Assembly: GCF_009914755.1 (NCBI RefSeq)
Contig: NC_060933.1
Source of the DNA: the human T2T-CHM13v2.0 reference genome, Homo sapiens
Direction: 5' to 3' (one strand)
Length of the DNA stretch: 64,000 nt
This document shows, in pieces, positions 13,745 through 26,745 of this stretch. The position numbers and the translations under genes are program-made. Position 1 is the first letter of the stretch. Every line of letters starts with the position of its first letter. The notes beneath the pieces are model-generated. The model searched no databases, was not told the origin of the DNA, and worked only from the letters and a program-made list of their open reading frames with translations.

Positions 13745-14260
13745 CACACAGAAACTTGCATGCAAATGTTTATTGCATGTGCAGCTATATACTTACTTAC
13801 TAAAACTTAGAAGCACCCAGCTTATCCTTTAATAGGTAATCATTCCTTAATTAGATAAACAAACTCTGCTATATCCATACAGTGACATAATTATCAGGGG
13901 TAAAAAAATAAGCCATCCAGTCATGATTAGACATGGAGGAAATTTGAATGCATATTTCTATGTGAAAGAAGCCAGTCTGAAAAGTCTGCATATTGTATGA
14001 GTCCAAGTATATAATCTTCTAGAAAAGGTGAAACTATAGAGCTAGTGCAAAGTTTAGTCATTACCAGGAGTTGGGCATGTGGGGGATAAGTAGGTGGAGC
14101 ACAGGGAATTTTTAGGGCAGTGAAATTCTTATCTATGATTCTGTAATGGTGGATACATGACATCATGCATTTAGCAAAACCCATGGAACTGTATAATACA
14201 AAGAGTGAACCCTAATGTAAACTCTGGTCTTTAGTCAATAAATGCATCAATGTTGGCTTC
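13745..14260 (+). mobile_element. L1MC-type 3' end
   Basis: GAAAGAAGCCAGTCTGAAAAG..AAAACCCATGGAACTGTATAATACAAAGAGTGAACCCTAATGTAAAC. Confidence 0.7.
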
Positions 14261-14934
14261 TTAATGCAATTTCATTTTAAAATATAAATTTTCTTATTTT
14301 TTCCACATATTTCTTAGGGGAAAATTTTAAATAATTTCTAGCTTCACTGTTTTCTAATGGATAAAAGCATAAATTAAATATGCTTTTATTACTGAGAGGA
14401 TATGACATTGTAGTAACAGATTTATTAATAATCAAGAATGTATTAACATATTTATATAAGGTAACATTCTGTGGATTTTTGTTTCCAAATAACTCAGAAT
14501 TGACAAAATAAAAATATAATTATTCAATGATGAATATCACAATGAGCAATATTGATCTATTTCATAAACATTTCATCCTGTCAATCACAGGGATACTCAG
14601 TTCAAATACATCAAAAGAAAACATTCTTCAGGTAAATTGAAATTACAATAGTTTCAGTTTTTACAAAAGTTTAGATGTTGATAACAGTTTCAGAGCCACT
14701 TCTCTGTATAGAAAAGCTTTCTGGGGATGTCATGGTTGTAACTAAAAACAAAAATACAGATTTATAGATAACAAAATGAAGAGAAATCTGTTATAAATAT
14801 TGATTGTATGATTATGAGGTCTTTAGAAATTACAAATTATTTTATCAGTATATTTTAAGTGTAGGATATACTTAATTTGAATACTAATATTTATTACATA
14901 TGAGCTTAATTGTGTCTGTTCAAAAGATACAATG

Positions 14935-15317
14935 AAGTGCTAAACTCCAGTACCTTAAAATGTGAACTTATTTGATAATAGAGCTATTGCAGATGTCACT
15001 AGTTAAGATGAGGTCAGGTGAGTGCTGTCCTTATAAGAATTGGGCACAGAGATACATACATATAGGGAGAATGTCCTGTGATGACAGAGTCACAAACTGA
15101 TGCAGTTGCATGCCAAAAAATGTGCCAAGAATTGATAACTGGCACCTGAAGACAAGAGGTAAAGAAAGATTCTCTCCTTCAGGTTTCAGAGGGAGCATGG
15201 TATTGCTAACATCTTGATTTTGAATTTCTGACCTCCAAAACTGAGAGAATAAGCTTTTGATGTTTTAAGCTACCCAGTTTGTGGTATTTTGTATGACAGT
15301 CCTAAAAAATGAATACA
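14935..15317 (+). mobile_element. MLT1B/C-like LTR
   Basis: ATTGCAGATGT..AGTTAAGATGAGGTCA..GAGGGAGCATGG..TTTTAAGCTACCCAGTTTGTGGTA. Confidence 0.7.
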
Positions 15318-16696
15318 AATAGTAAACCATAAGCAAAACTACAAGCATGGAAATTTACCCTAATTCACTTTCTGCGTAACACTTATGATTCAAAAATTGC
15401 TATTATATTTTGTATTTTTAATTATCTTTCTCACGTAGGAGAACATAAACATCCTGAGGGCAAAATCTTTATTCAGTTTTTATTTTACTCATAACACTTA
15501 GAACATTGAGTGGCAATTGATGTGTTTGCTAGTCAGGATGTTATTCTGGTGAATACTGTTCATTCTATGTAACAAGAAACCACTGATGTATCAGTAGTTT
15601 ATGAAAGGTTTAGTTTAACTGATGCTACCTATCCAAAACAGGCAAAGCAGTGGGACTTCCCCTTCCTGCGAGTCAGGTAAAATATTTGATACATGTTTTC
15701 ATAGCCACAGAGATGGGGGGAAACAGAACATGGCAAAGAATGACTGGACTCTAAAAAGTTTTATATTCTGGATTAGTCAGAATTTCAACAGAAAACAGTT
15801 GGTAAATACAACTAAGAATAATTTGAGGAATGCTTCCATACAAAGGAAGGAGCATGAAAGAATTGTAAGCAATAAATCTGGAACTGGTGCTCAGTGAGGA
15901 TAAAAACAAAACCTGGAAAAAGAAGGAGTAGAAGATCAGACCACCTGGAGAACAAAAGTGACCTTCTGCAAAGAGACACATGTAGGGAAGACAGCCTCAT
16001 GGGGAAGAGACCAACAGAATAAACACCGTGACCCTTTTCTCCTCTTCCTTTCTGCCTTCTTACAGGGTTCTCCACAGGCTGAACCTAACCTGAAGCCAGA
16101 GGGTGAGGGAGCCTCCTAATGTATTCGTGAGAAGTCAAAAAAAAAAAAAAGGCCAATGAGTCAGGAAGAGTGGAAAGGGTTGCATTAGAAGATATTTTAC
16201 ACATTACTTTCCTTTTTTTATGTTACCATTATAAAGTGATATATCTAGAAGCAATCTTGCACATCAATCTTTATCTACATCTCAGATTGTGTAAACTTTA
16301 TAGCTTACTGTTTCCCTCATGAAAAGTAAAGTATCCCATTGTAAGAGTAAGACAATATACAACTATGTTATATAGTGTTAACTTCTGTTAATTGTTTGTA
16401 AGACAAATTATTGGGGTGATTACATGAAATAAGGAGGTCTAAATTAAACTTTCAATGACAGAAAACCAGCAATATATAAGAAACAGAACAAACATTCTTA
16501 ATGTATTTAATGTATTTCAATCTGTGTATTTAGCATCTACTTATAATTTTTTAAACAATTTAACTCTAGTTTTTAATATAGAGACCATTACACCATTTCT
16601 TCTTATATTTTTAAATTACATTTTATATCATCTTTATCATTAGGATAAGCAGGGGAGAAATGTTGAATATATTGATTGATGTATCTGATATATACA

Positions 16697-17274
16697 CTCA
16701 TGTGCCACATAATTATGTTTTGGTCAATGACAGACCATATATGTATGATGTTGACCTCATAAGATTCTAATGGCCCTGAAAAATTTCTATCATCCAGTGA
16801 TATTGTAAGCCACCTAACATTGTAGCAAAATGTATTGCTACTGTTTGTGGTGATGATGGTGTAAACAAATTTGCTCTTCTTTCAGTGATACTAAAGTACA
16901 CATACAATTGTGTGCAGTACATAGTATTAGATAATGATAAACTCTGTTACTGGTTTATTTGTTTTATATACTACAATTTTTATCATTAGAATTACCCCTT
17001 CTACTTATGGAAAAACAGTTAAATCTGTACAATAGCCTCAAGCAAATCTTTCAGGAAGTATTACAGGAAGAAGCATCATTACCATAGGAAATAACAACTC
17101 CATGAGTGTAATTATCTCTGAAGCCTTTTCAGTGGGACAAGATGTGGAGGTTCAGACAGTAATATTGATTATCCTGACCTCATGTTGACATAGTCTAATG
17201 TGTTTGTTTGTCTTTTTTTTGTTTTTTGTTTATTTTTACAAGAAAGGTTTACAACATAAAAGAAAAAAAAAAAA
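16697..17274 (+). mobile_element. Tigger3b 5' half, truncated at the inverted-duplication breakpoint
   Basis: CATGTGCCACATAATTATGTTTTGGTCAATGACAGACC start; homologous to the reverse of ~6130-6668; homology stops in an A-tract at ~17274. Confidence 0.8.
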
Positions 17275-19152
17275 GAAATACCGAAGTGGTTCCCCAAGGC
17301 ACCAATTTAAAGTGTATATGTGCAGTGCAGGGTTACTGGACCAAGGCACAGTGTAAACAGCGAAATTTTATTTTTTGTTTTCTTTTTCCTAAGATGTTCC
17401 TTACTCCCAGTTACATAAAAATGTGTATTACAAGCAAACAAAAATTAACAGGAATAGAAATAACTATAAAGTATATTCACATTAAAATCAGCTTTGCTTT
17501 ATCTATTAAAGGATGTAACACAGTTGTGGTTTTCAGGACCTTGTAACTCCTGGTGAATTGGAAAGCACAGAAATTCTTCAGAGCCTCAAGAGTTGTGTTT
17601 AATGCATTATTTAAATAGTGTCCAACCACTAGTTAGATAGCTTAACACTCAAATAGCTTTTGAAATCTCTGTAGACTCACCTCAATTGAAGAGTCCTGAT
17701 AATTTACAGAAGTGTGTAGTGCACTAAGAGATCCCTGCTGTACGATGCCTGCCTGTGGAGTGTTTTATGTGTTGATCCACTGGAGTGTGTGTGTGTGTCT
17801 GTGTGTACGTGGGTGAGTATGGGTGGGCACGGATTGTGTGTGTGTGTATGTGTTTACATTGTGGTATGTGTCTGTTGGGGTGCCGCCATTAGGGATTTGG
17901 AAGAGTGAGGACCATAAACTTGTCAACATTCCTACATGCCTGCTTCATAACAAGTGTACTGAACATGGCCAAAATAACTAAACCAAGTAAACAAATTAGA
18001 CATTAATTAAATTTAATGCTGGGCAGGAAAGAAGTAGTCAAGGCCAGGTAAAATGAAGAAATATAACCAAGTGAATGAAATTTTTACATTGATTCGTAGA
18101 ATGAGACATGAATATTTTTTAAAATTTGTAATTTCTAATGACTATCAGTATATAAAACTAAGAATTATATGGCTGTCAACTGACTAAAAACTGTACATAA
18201 GATTAGAGCTAGTGAAACAACCATATATGAACTTCTATTTCCACTTTTCTGTCTCAAGAATGACTTGTGAAAATGATGTTTTTTTTGAAATTTTACATTC
18301 TCATTTTGAAAGAGCTTCACAAAACTTACGTGAGAATCTGGATGCTCATAAGAGGTCTGATTTTTTAATGGCATGTTTGTATTTCTGTTATGTACATCAA
18401 TGTCAAGCATTCGTTTCCTGAGCTGTTCTCTACAACACAATTTAACTTGTAATGGACACTCAATAAAAGGTCGGTTGGATATTCAAATCAACACCTTAGT
18501 TCCATCAATTTTCATTTCATATAAAAATGCCTGATCTTCTATACTCACCAATGAAACAGAGAGAGATGAAGGAGGGAGAGCAGTTGAGACTGAGAGGATG
18601 ACGAGCAGACCTCATTCTGCAGTGGATTTCCTACACTCTCCACTTCTGAATGCTTGGAAACACTTGCCATGCATAGAAAATATTGGTATTTCCTAGGCAG
18701 CAAATGGGAGTTAAAGAAAGTCCATATTTCTATATTACAATAACTTACACTATAATACACAGACAACATACATTTCTAAGCTATTTCAATTCATACAAAA
18801 TGTAGATAAATTTAGGTGAGCAAGGTGTAGGAGAAGGGTTAGTAATCAAGCTGAGTGTGATTGTGAGATTAAATCTAATATTATGCAATTATTGTATAAT
18901 TGTATCAGTTGACATATCTGTTGAAACAGAAGGTGGAAGAGTTTTGCATGCGCTTCCGAAATGTACTGGATGATGTTAGGAGAGAGGCGGGTCAACGTGG
19001 CTAGGCCATAAGTGTTTACTAATTGAGGCTTAGGAAAGTTAAGTTCCTAACCAGAGACTGGGAGATAGAGGCGCTAAATTGTATAACATTTATATTTAAT
19101 ATATATTTAATAATATATAGTAAAGTCTTAAAATGCCAATTTTAAGTCTTTT

Positions 19153-20579
19153 CATTTTCTTCTTAAAAACAGAGGTTTTATTGCGTTTGGTCCACAGTCG
19201 GTATTTCACATTATCTCATAGTGCAGGGCCCCTGGGTGGAGGGCTCTGTGCAGTACTTGGCGTGGCCTGGGGCCGGGAGAGATAGAGCAGTAGACCTGGT
19301 CAGGCCCGGAAGGGGAGAAGGAGGGCCGGGGCTCCTTAAGACCTACTGAGGGGCTGGGCGCGGTGGCTCACGCCTGTCATCCCAACACTTTGGGAGGACG
19401 AAACAGGCGGATCACATGAGGGAAAGAGTTCCAAACCAGCCTGGCCAACATGGTGAAATCCCGTCTCTACTAAAAATACAAAAAATTTAGGCAGGCGTGG
19501 TGGTGGGCGCCTGTAGTCCCAGCTACTCTGGAGGCTGAGGCAGGAGAATCGCTTGAGCCCGGTAGGCCGAGGTGCAGTGAGGCGAGATTACTCCAGTGCG
19601 CTTCAGCCTGGGCAACAGAGTGAGACTACATCTCAAAAAAACAAAAACAAACAAAAAGCCCTACTGAGGGCCACGGAGGTGGGGGAGCAGGATGGAGATG
19701 GGTCAGGCTTAACCCTGACAACTCAAAATTCCACTACCTTGTACGGGCCTCAGTTTCCTCAAGGAGCCCCAGCGTAGGTCTGAGGTCTGTTGGTCTGAGG
19801 GTCCTAGGGAAATCCAGCCGCTCAGGAGCCTGAGATATTTTAGCATCGTGGCTGAGCCCCCTCTCCCAGGGGACACACTTCCTAGCACCCTCTCCACTGT
19901 CCCCGCCCCATTCCTCGGGGAAAAAAAATTTTTTTTATTTTGTTAATACTTCCTGAAACTTTTGCGGGTACAGAAACCACTTACTGAGAGGCTGAGAAAA
20001 GGGGAAGAGGAGAGGCAACCAGAAACCTTCAGGGACCGGTTCCCTCCATGTCCAGGTCTCTTCTCTCCAGCACAGCTCAGCCTACAGCCTGGAAGTGCCA
20101 GCGGGCACCTTCACCCTACACGCATCAGGATACGGCCTTGATCCCTTCCCCCACAGCCCGGTGTCTCAGTCCTGAGAAGGAACCAAAGCAGGGGGAGGTG
20201 GGGGAAAAATCCCTGCTGCCTGATCCCACGCTGCCACTCACAGACCCTCGGTTGACTGGCAGCACTGAACAGGTTAAAAAAAAAAAAGATGAAAACACAG
20301 AAAAACCCAAACACCCAGAGGGGAGATCATGTGTGGAGAGAGCGTGCTGGGAGCCTCAGTAGCCGGTCTCCTCCTGGTAGTAAGGGAGATATTCAGGGGC
20401 CGGAGCCCGAGGGAGCGCCGTGGGCCACTGGGCCTCCCCAGTAGTACCTGGGGTCGTATATCTGTGGGCCCATGCCGAAGGCCTGGCCGCTCTGATGAGC
20501 GCCCTGCGTGTATCCCATCTTCAGGGACGTGGAGGAGTTGTCACACTTGTCGATTCCCAGCTTGGTGTCATAGGTGTGC
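19153..20579 (-). pseudogene. CNN2: Partial duplicated CNN2 processed pseudogene (last ~80 codons plus 3'UTR with Alu)
   Basis: ORF 20393..20743(-) contains HTYDTKLGIDKCDNSSTSLKMGYTQGAHQSGQAFGMGPQIYDP; polyA signal and one TSD copy (TAAGTCTTTT ~19144-19153) retained. Confidence 0.92.
19352..19657 (+). mobile_element. Alu within CNN2 3'UTR copy (left arm)
   Basis: Alu with private variants GGAGGACGAAACAGGCGG shared with 33608-33919; flanked by CCTACTGAGGG repeats. Confidence 0.92.
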
Positions 20580-20580
20580 T

Positions 20581-21020
20581 CATTACTCCTATCTAGCTGT
20601 AAGTTTGTATTTGTTAACCAACCTCTCCCTGTCCTCTTCTCCCTGTTGCTCTCCCCAGCCTGTAATAACCAGAATTCTACTCTCCACTTCCATGAGCTCA
20701 GTTCATTTTTTTTTAGCTCCCACATATGAGTGAGAACATGCAAGATTTATAATTCTGTGCCTAGGTTATTTCACTTAATGTAGTGTTCCAGGCTGATCCA
20801 TGTTGCAGCCAAGGACAGGATTTCATTATTTTTACGGCTAAATAGTACTCCACTGTGAATAGATACTACATTTTTAATCTATTATGTTTTTGGACATTTA
20901 GGTTGATTCTAATCTTGGCTACTGTGAATAGTGGCTGCTATAAACATGAGGGTGCAGGTATCTCCTAAATATGCTGATTTCCTTTCCTGTAGATAAATGC
21001 CCCATAGTGGGACTGCTGGA
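20581..21020 (-). mobile_element. L1M(A/B) 3' fragment abutting the duplication junction
   Basis: AGCTCCCACATATGAGTGAGAACATGC..TTATTTCACTTAAT..ATCCATGTTGC. Confidence 0.8.
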
Positions 21021-22534
21021 AAAAGAAAAAATTCTTTTTCTTTAAACCTGATCATGTCTGTCCTCATAAATGCATGTTACACCCATCTCTCGCCATCAAT
21101 GCAACCCGACCCCGAGCAGTTGTTCACTCTTCTCTTCCCTCGTTCTCGGCACACCGTGTGCCTCCATACCCCAGCCTCAGGCCTTTCTATACCACTTCCC
21201 ATTTGAGGCACTGTGTTTTTATTCAACTTTGGTACTGTCCTTTGAGAATCTTCAACGTGATTTGGATATGGCACTTTTTATCAGGATGTTACGTCAGAGT
21301 TGATAAATTCAAAGTAATATCGTTCTTTTTCCTGCCAAAGTCAGCTCCTCCTTTCCACTGCACTTTCCTGCCGATGCCACCACTCTTTCTCCTGAATGTT
21401 CTCAGAGGACACCCTTGTACCTGGACTGGTCATTACATAGGTGTAAGTTTTATTCTCTAAAAGGGGTGAGTGAGAGTTTATACTAAGGTTGTAAGCATCC
21501 CTCAGGGCAGACTCTGGATGTATATTACAGAACTGCTGAACTTGTGGAATGTGCATGTTTAATACTGAAAATATTTAATGCCACATGTGTAAGACTTTTG
21601 CCAACTGGAATCTGAACATCAACAACTTTGAAGGGCTTATTCTACCTTCTCGGCACAAAAATACTTTCTACGAATGCACATATTTATGTGCAAACGTATA
21701 GAAAATTGACTTTAAAGTGTACAACAAATTTATTTTAGCAATTGGGCCTGGGGGACCTAGAAGGAGAATGAGATTGGAGTGGTAGGGGTGGAACATTAGC
21801 TAATAATGATTTATTTTATTAAAAGTAATTACTGAAAACCAATGCAATAAAATATTAACATGTTACTTGAAGGGGTTGGGAGTATAGTGCTTATATTCTT
21901 CTTTACATGTTTTAATATCTTTAAAATTCCTTGTTTTGCTTTTGCTAAGGAAGTCACAGTTTAATTGGCAGTATATCTCTAATGGTACATGAAATAATGT
22001 CTGATTTCTAAACATTGACATTCTACATTAGATGAAATATATTAACTATTAAGCTTTGATATTACACTATAAAATTAATTGAAGAAAGCCACCCCTCTTT
22101 GTTTCTTTTTTTTTTAGTTATTATGTGCCCCATGTGATCTGCAGGAGTTTTTTTTCTAGGCTTTGAACATTTTAAATAAAATCAGAATTTGTTCAAGTTC
22201 AGTTAACACTCAGCTGTGAACCCTATGGTACTGGGGTCTTTTTTCAATGGGAGATCTCTAAGCATTATTCCAAACTATTCTATGCTAATTGATCTATTGA
22301 TAATTTATAATTTATTATGAAATACATTAAATTTCTTAAAAAGAAAAAGGAAAGAAGTAAAGGGAAACATTTATTACAATTTAAATAAAGGAATTAGCAG
22401 TTGAAAACAAGAAAACCTATTCTGAGCATCCATACTTCTCGGCAACCAAAACAATCAATGAAATCAATGCATTGGGTTAAACAGTTCCCAATTGCCCACT
22501 ATGTTACCAGGAGAAAAAAACCCTTTATCATAGG

Positions 22535-22855
22535 GTTAAACTTTGGGAAGGATTTTCCATAAGGATCTTAATATAAAGGTTCTTGAATGGCATAATGTAT
22601 AAGGTCTTTGATAGCAACGCTACCCACAGTGCAAAGATGTTTTACTAGTCCTGTTGGTGTCTCAAATTGGCTCTCGGTAAGTAATCTGGACATATCGTGA
22701 AATTATAATTCTGTGTAGACAATTCGACTTACCAGGTTAGAGTGATGCAATCCAAATAGATGGCTTTCTTCTGATCTGGCTTAACAGAAATCTTGAAAAA
22801 TCTGGAGGAGTAAATGTTTAATATACCCTCAGTTCTCAACCATTCTTCTTCCCCT
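22535..22855 (-). pseudogene. Putative decayed exon encoding an RGS-like domain
   Basis: With frameshifts the reverse strand reads F-x-x-FLLSQ-x-SEESHL-(F)WIA, then ~64 codons, then ILME-x-SFPKF, matching RGS spacing (FxxFLxSExSEENxxFW ... LMExDSxPRF); acceptor TTGTCTTTCAG at ~22855. Confidence 0.5.
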
Positions 22856-25664
22856 GAAAGACAACATCACAGGCAGGACATCCTCCCAAGTGTACACGCA
22901 ATATTATGTACAGTTCCCACGTGAGAAAGCACATCATAATCTTAGTGAGAATGATGTTCTCATAAGGTCAGTTATACTCAGTGTGCATAGTTGTCCAAGT
23001 GTGAGTATGAAACCAAGTCATTCGCAAGTACCACTAGTCTGATTATTAGTAATAATAATCCACTTGTGACATAGTTTTTCTTTGCTGAAATAAAATATTG
23101 TTTTGACACCATGGTTGAAATGTTGGTCTTAGGTCAATGCTCTCTATTATCTGTTGTTGTTGCCAAGCCTCTGAGAGATGTTTTATGTGGGGCAAAAGGT
23201 CCCTTCCTGTGTCTTTGGTCAAAGCAAAGGAGGAGTACAGACGACTGAGAGAGTGATCACGCTGCTGTGCCCACCTATGCGGTAGACCTTGTTCCTGGGT
23301 TGGGAGATGTTTTATGATCAGGGTGCAGTAGAAAGAGCACACTAGTAGCAGTAAAGAGAGGTGACCCTGGCTGCAGTTCTGCCTCTAACTTCCTGAGTGA
23401 CCTCAGGCTAGTCACACAGTGACTGCTCCCCACATTTCTTTTTGTAAGCTGCAAGGATTGAATCAGACAATAGCCTCTAAGTTTCTTCTGAACTCTCATA
23501 CTCAGGGATGCCAACGATGTTGGTAATAAAATAGTATGAACATGCCAAAAAAATAAAAATAAGGAAGAGAAATAGGTATGTAACTTTACTCTGGGACTCC
23601 TGTGGTATCTCACAACACCATGCTTCATGAACCCCAAAGAAAGCAAAAAATCCAGCTAGTGTTATAAATCCTGATCAGCTGAATTCTTTCACATGTTGCA
23701 GCCTGACTCAAGTTATTCATCGCAGAGGCTAGCAGCTCCCTGATGCATCCTTCCTTGTCTCTGGACAGGGTAAAAATAAGAAATTGGCCATTGTGAGACA
23801 CTCTGAGTTTCGTGGGATTGAGCAGAGCATATTTTATATTCTTCTCTTGGAACTGCCTCTTGTTGGTAGTAAATGGTTGCCAGCACTGTTGTTTCTCAAT
23901 AGACAAGTCCTAGAAATAAAGATAATTCAATTTTCATTCACTCTTAGCTCTTCTGCTACCAGTGTTCTTCTTTGACACTGACAGGGCTGCACCTGTCTCC
24001 CTGGCCTGACATAGCACTTGTATGGTTTGCCACTTGCCAGAAAATCCACGAGTCATTCTAAAGACCTTTTGCCCAGCAGAGACCACTCCAGTGAGCACAA
24101 ATTGTCTAGTGGTTTTTTTTAGATGGTCTTCCTCCTTGGCTCATTTCTCTCCAAGAACGAAAATATCAAGGTGTTCATTTAACAGCAGCTCCTGAAAGAC
24201 AATCCAGCTTGATTTAAATCTTTAACGGTTTTCATTATAATAGAAAATATAATAGCAACAGTAGCATCCTCTTTTACATTGAAATTAAATTGCAATTCTT
24301 TCACTGTTGGGGTAGCAAGTATAATTCCTATCACTTCTTTGGAAAGCAATACAACTTACTAAAGATCACCAAAATGTTTATACTTTTTGGAACCAAAAAC
24401 CTCACTGAAAAAAATTTATTCCAAGAGTATGATTCAACAGAAAAAAAAAAGTAATATACATGTGCATGTTTCTCCCTGTGAAAACAACAGCACAGAATTT
24501 ACTAGACAAGTTTTGAAACAGTTGGCTATGTGGTAACATGGAACAACATTCTCCTATAATGTTGAAGGATAAAAGCTTAGAGAATAGAATATATTCTATG
24601 ACTGCAACTATGAAAGAAAACATAGATCTACATAGGGACAAAGATGATAAACATGCGAAAACAGGTGTTAGATTCATGGATTATGTGTATTTTTCCTGCA
24701 TTCAAATTTATCTTTATTATTGCTTTTTTATGTTCCCCTCTCCTCCCCCGAAAAAATCCTAAAGATCTTGAATATGCCCCTGTCAATATTTAACATTTCT
24801 TCTGAAACTGAGTCTAGATACTCAATCTGCTCCAGTTTTTTGAACAAGATGAGTAGCAAGGTTATTCTTTCCATTTTTTTGTTTGTTTGTGTTTTTTGTT
24901 TGTTTGTTTTTGTTTTTTTTTTACAGCCAGACACAGGTCTTGAATTGTACAGCTGACTGCTTTGTTTGGGATACGTTACTTTCAATCATTTTCCTGATCC
25001 TCTGCATGATTTACAGAAGCCGAGTGGGTGGCTTTAGCATTTCCATGGTCCTCCCTCTCCACTATCATGACATTCTTAGGTGAATTTTTTTTAGAGCCAT
25101 TATTCTCCATTTACAAAGGCAGAATGCAGTGGCAGGAGCTGGGACTCTGGGAAACCAACAGCCAAGAATTAAAACTGCAGCATACTATGAAACACTCAGA
25201 TAAGATGTCCCCATCATATTCTATTATTGGGCAAAATAAAAGGTAAACCATGTGCTCAAAACAGCAAATATTGTGGGTGACAGTGACACTGGTATTCGGA
25301 AAGATGAAGAGATGCAATTAAGAAACCTGGCAAAGAAGTAAACATGCCATGTAGCTTACAAAAGACCAGCCACATTGTGTGTATTTTAATATTGTTTAAC
25401 AGTAACACCTAATAAAGAGAGCATCATGATTGTGTGAACTACATTTTCGGTCATAATGAATGCTACAAAATTAACCTCCCAAGTTTAGACAGGCTACAAC
25501 GTCTTGGGAAATATGCAAGAAGAATTATTTGATAAAGGTGACAGTTTTTCACACCTGAAAATGATTTTCTCCCAGCCTATCTTGATCAACAGCCAGCAGC
25601 AACACATTGCAGATATAATCTCAAGACCTTGTGGCATGTACTTCTCACTACATGCATAACTTAC

Positions 25665-25855
25665 TATGGACAGAGGATCATGGAGATTTTGAATATAATT
25701 TCCCACATGACAGGAGATTAAATAGACCACATTGGAAGAAGCTAGGTCTCTGGAGAACCAAAAAGTAAACTTCAGCCAGTTCTGGAAGCAGATAAACAGC
25801 AGGAAATGTACTTTCAGATGGGCTACTTTCTCAATAGTTCTTTCTTGCAAGAGCT
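25665..25855 (-). other. Exon-like segment with intact splice sites and an open frame; product unidentified
   Basis: TACTTTCCCTAG|AGCTC...TCCATA|GTAAGT, 191 nt, stop-free: LLQERTIEKVAHLKVHFLLFICFQNWLK...NLHDPLSI. Confidence 0.4.
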
Positions 25856-26284
25856 CTAGGGAAAGTATGAGTTACTGGGTAAGAATGTAATAGAAAAGGG
25901 GCCAGCCTTGGAAAACTTTGCAATGGAAGAAAATCAGTGTCTCCTCATTTACATCTTTCTTTCTCCTCTTCCTTTGTAATGCCACCTTTCTTGGGATATT
26001 CCTTCCCCTAGAATACCCTGCCTGTCACCCCACGAGAACCTGCTCTTGAGACTGCATTTCTAATACCTATAATGAGATGTTATGTCAATGCCTTATCTCT
26101 CAGTGTGTGTATATACATATTAAGCTTTCTGTCTATGTTGTGCTTTCTCATGCAGGAATATCAGACATTAATGAACCAGTAAAGAAGATACTGAGGTGCA
26201 GAAGAGCTTTCCCAGTGTCCCGGGAGCCATTCTACACAGCATCCTACAGAATGACTGTGGATCTGCTGTGCTTAGTTTCTTTAC

Positions 26285-26745
26285 TTGTGAAAACAGAGTA
26301 ATAGCAGCACCTACCTCACAGGGTTGTTCTGAAGATTAGAGGGGTTCTTTCATGGGAAGCTCTAGAGCAGTGCTTGAGACATGGTAAGTGCTCAACATGT
26401 GTTCATTATTATTATCATTATCAATATTTGATGTAAAAGCCTTTCTGAAAGAAATCACACAAGAACATGATCAGTTAAAAGATATATATGAATGAAAGTA
26501 TGTTTGGCGCTGTCACAACACAGAGTGGCATAATTGTTAGGAACATAGGCTTTGGAAGTCAACCTTCTGTGCTCAAAGCCTAGTGTCACCACACAGCCAT
26601 TGTGGGACACTGGGCCTCAGATTTCTAGCCTGAAAAATGGGGGAACAATGTCTGTCATATAAAGTTGCGTAAAGATCAAACTGGATAAGAAATGTAAAAT
26701 ACTCAACAGTGCCTGACACAAAATAAACACCAATTAATGGTAGCA
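26285..26745 (+). mobile_element. Two MIR fragments
   Basis: GTAATAGCAGCACCTACCTCACAGGGTTGTT..GGTAAGTGCTCAA; GGGCCTCAGATTTC..TGAAAAATGGGG..ACAGTGCCTGACACA. Confidence 0.65.

Larger units (their letters stand above)
17275..20579 (-). repeat. Left arm of ~3.3 kb inverted duplication (partner 32668-36010)
   Basis: GAAATACCGAAGTGGTTCCCC is nearly the reverse complement of GGGGAACCACCTCGGTATTTC (~35990-36010); mirrored ORFs 18545..18769(-)/34508..34729(+) are almost identical. Confidence 0.95.

Noticed and set aside
20393-20743. L1-CNN2 chimeric ORF
   Set aside because: Chance read-through across the duplication junction; no supporting signals.
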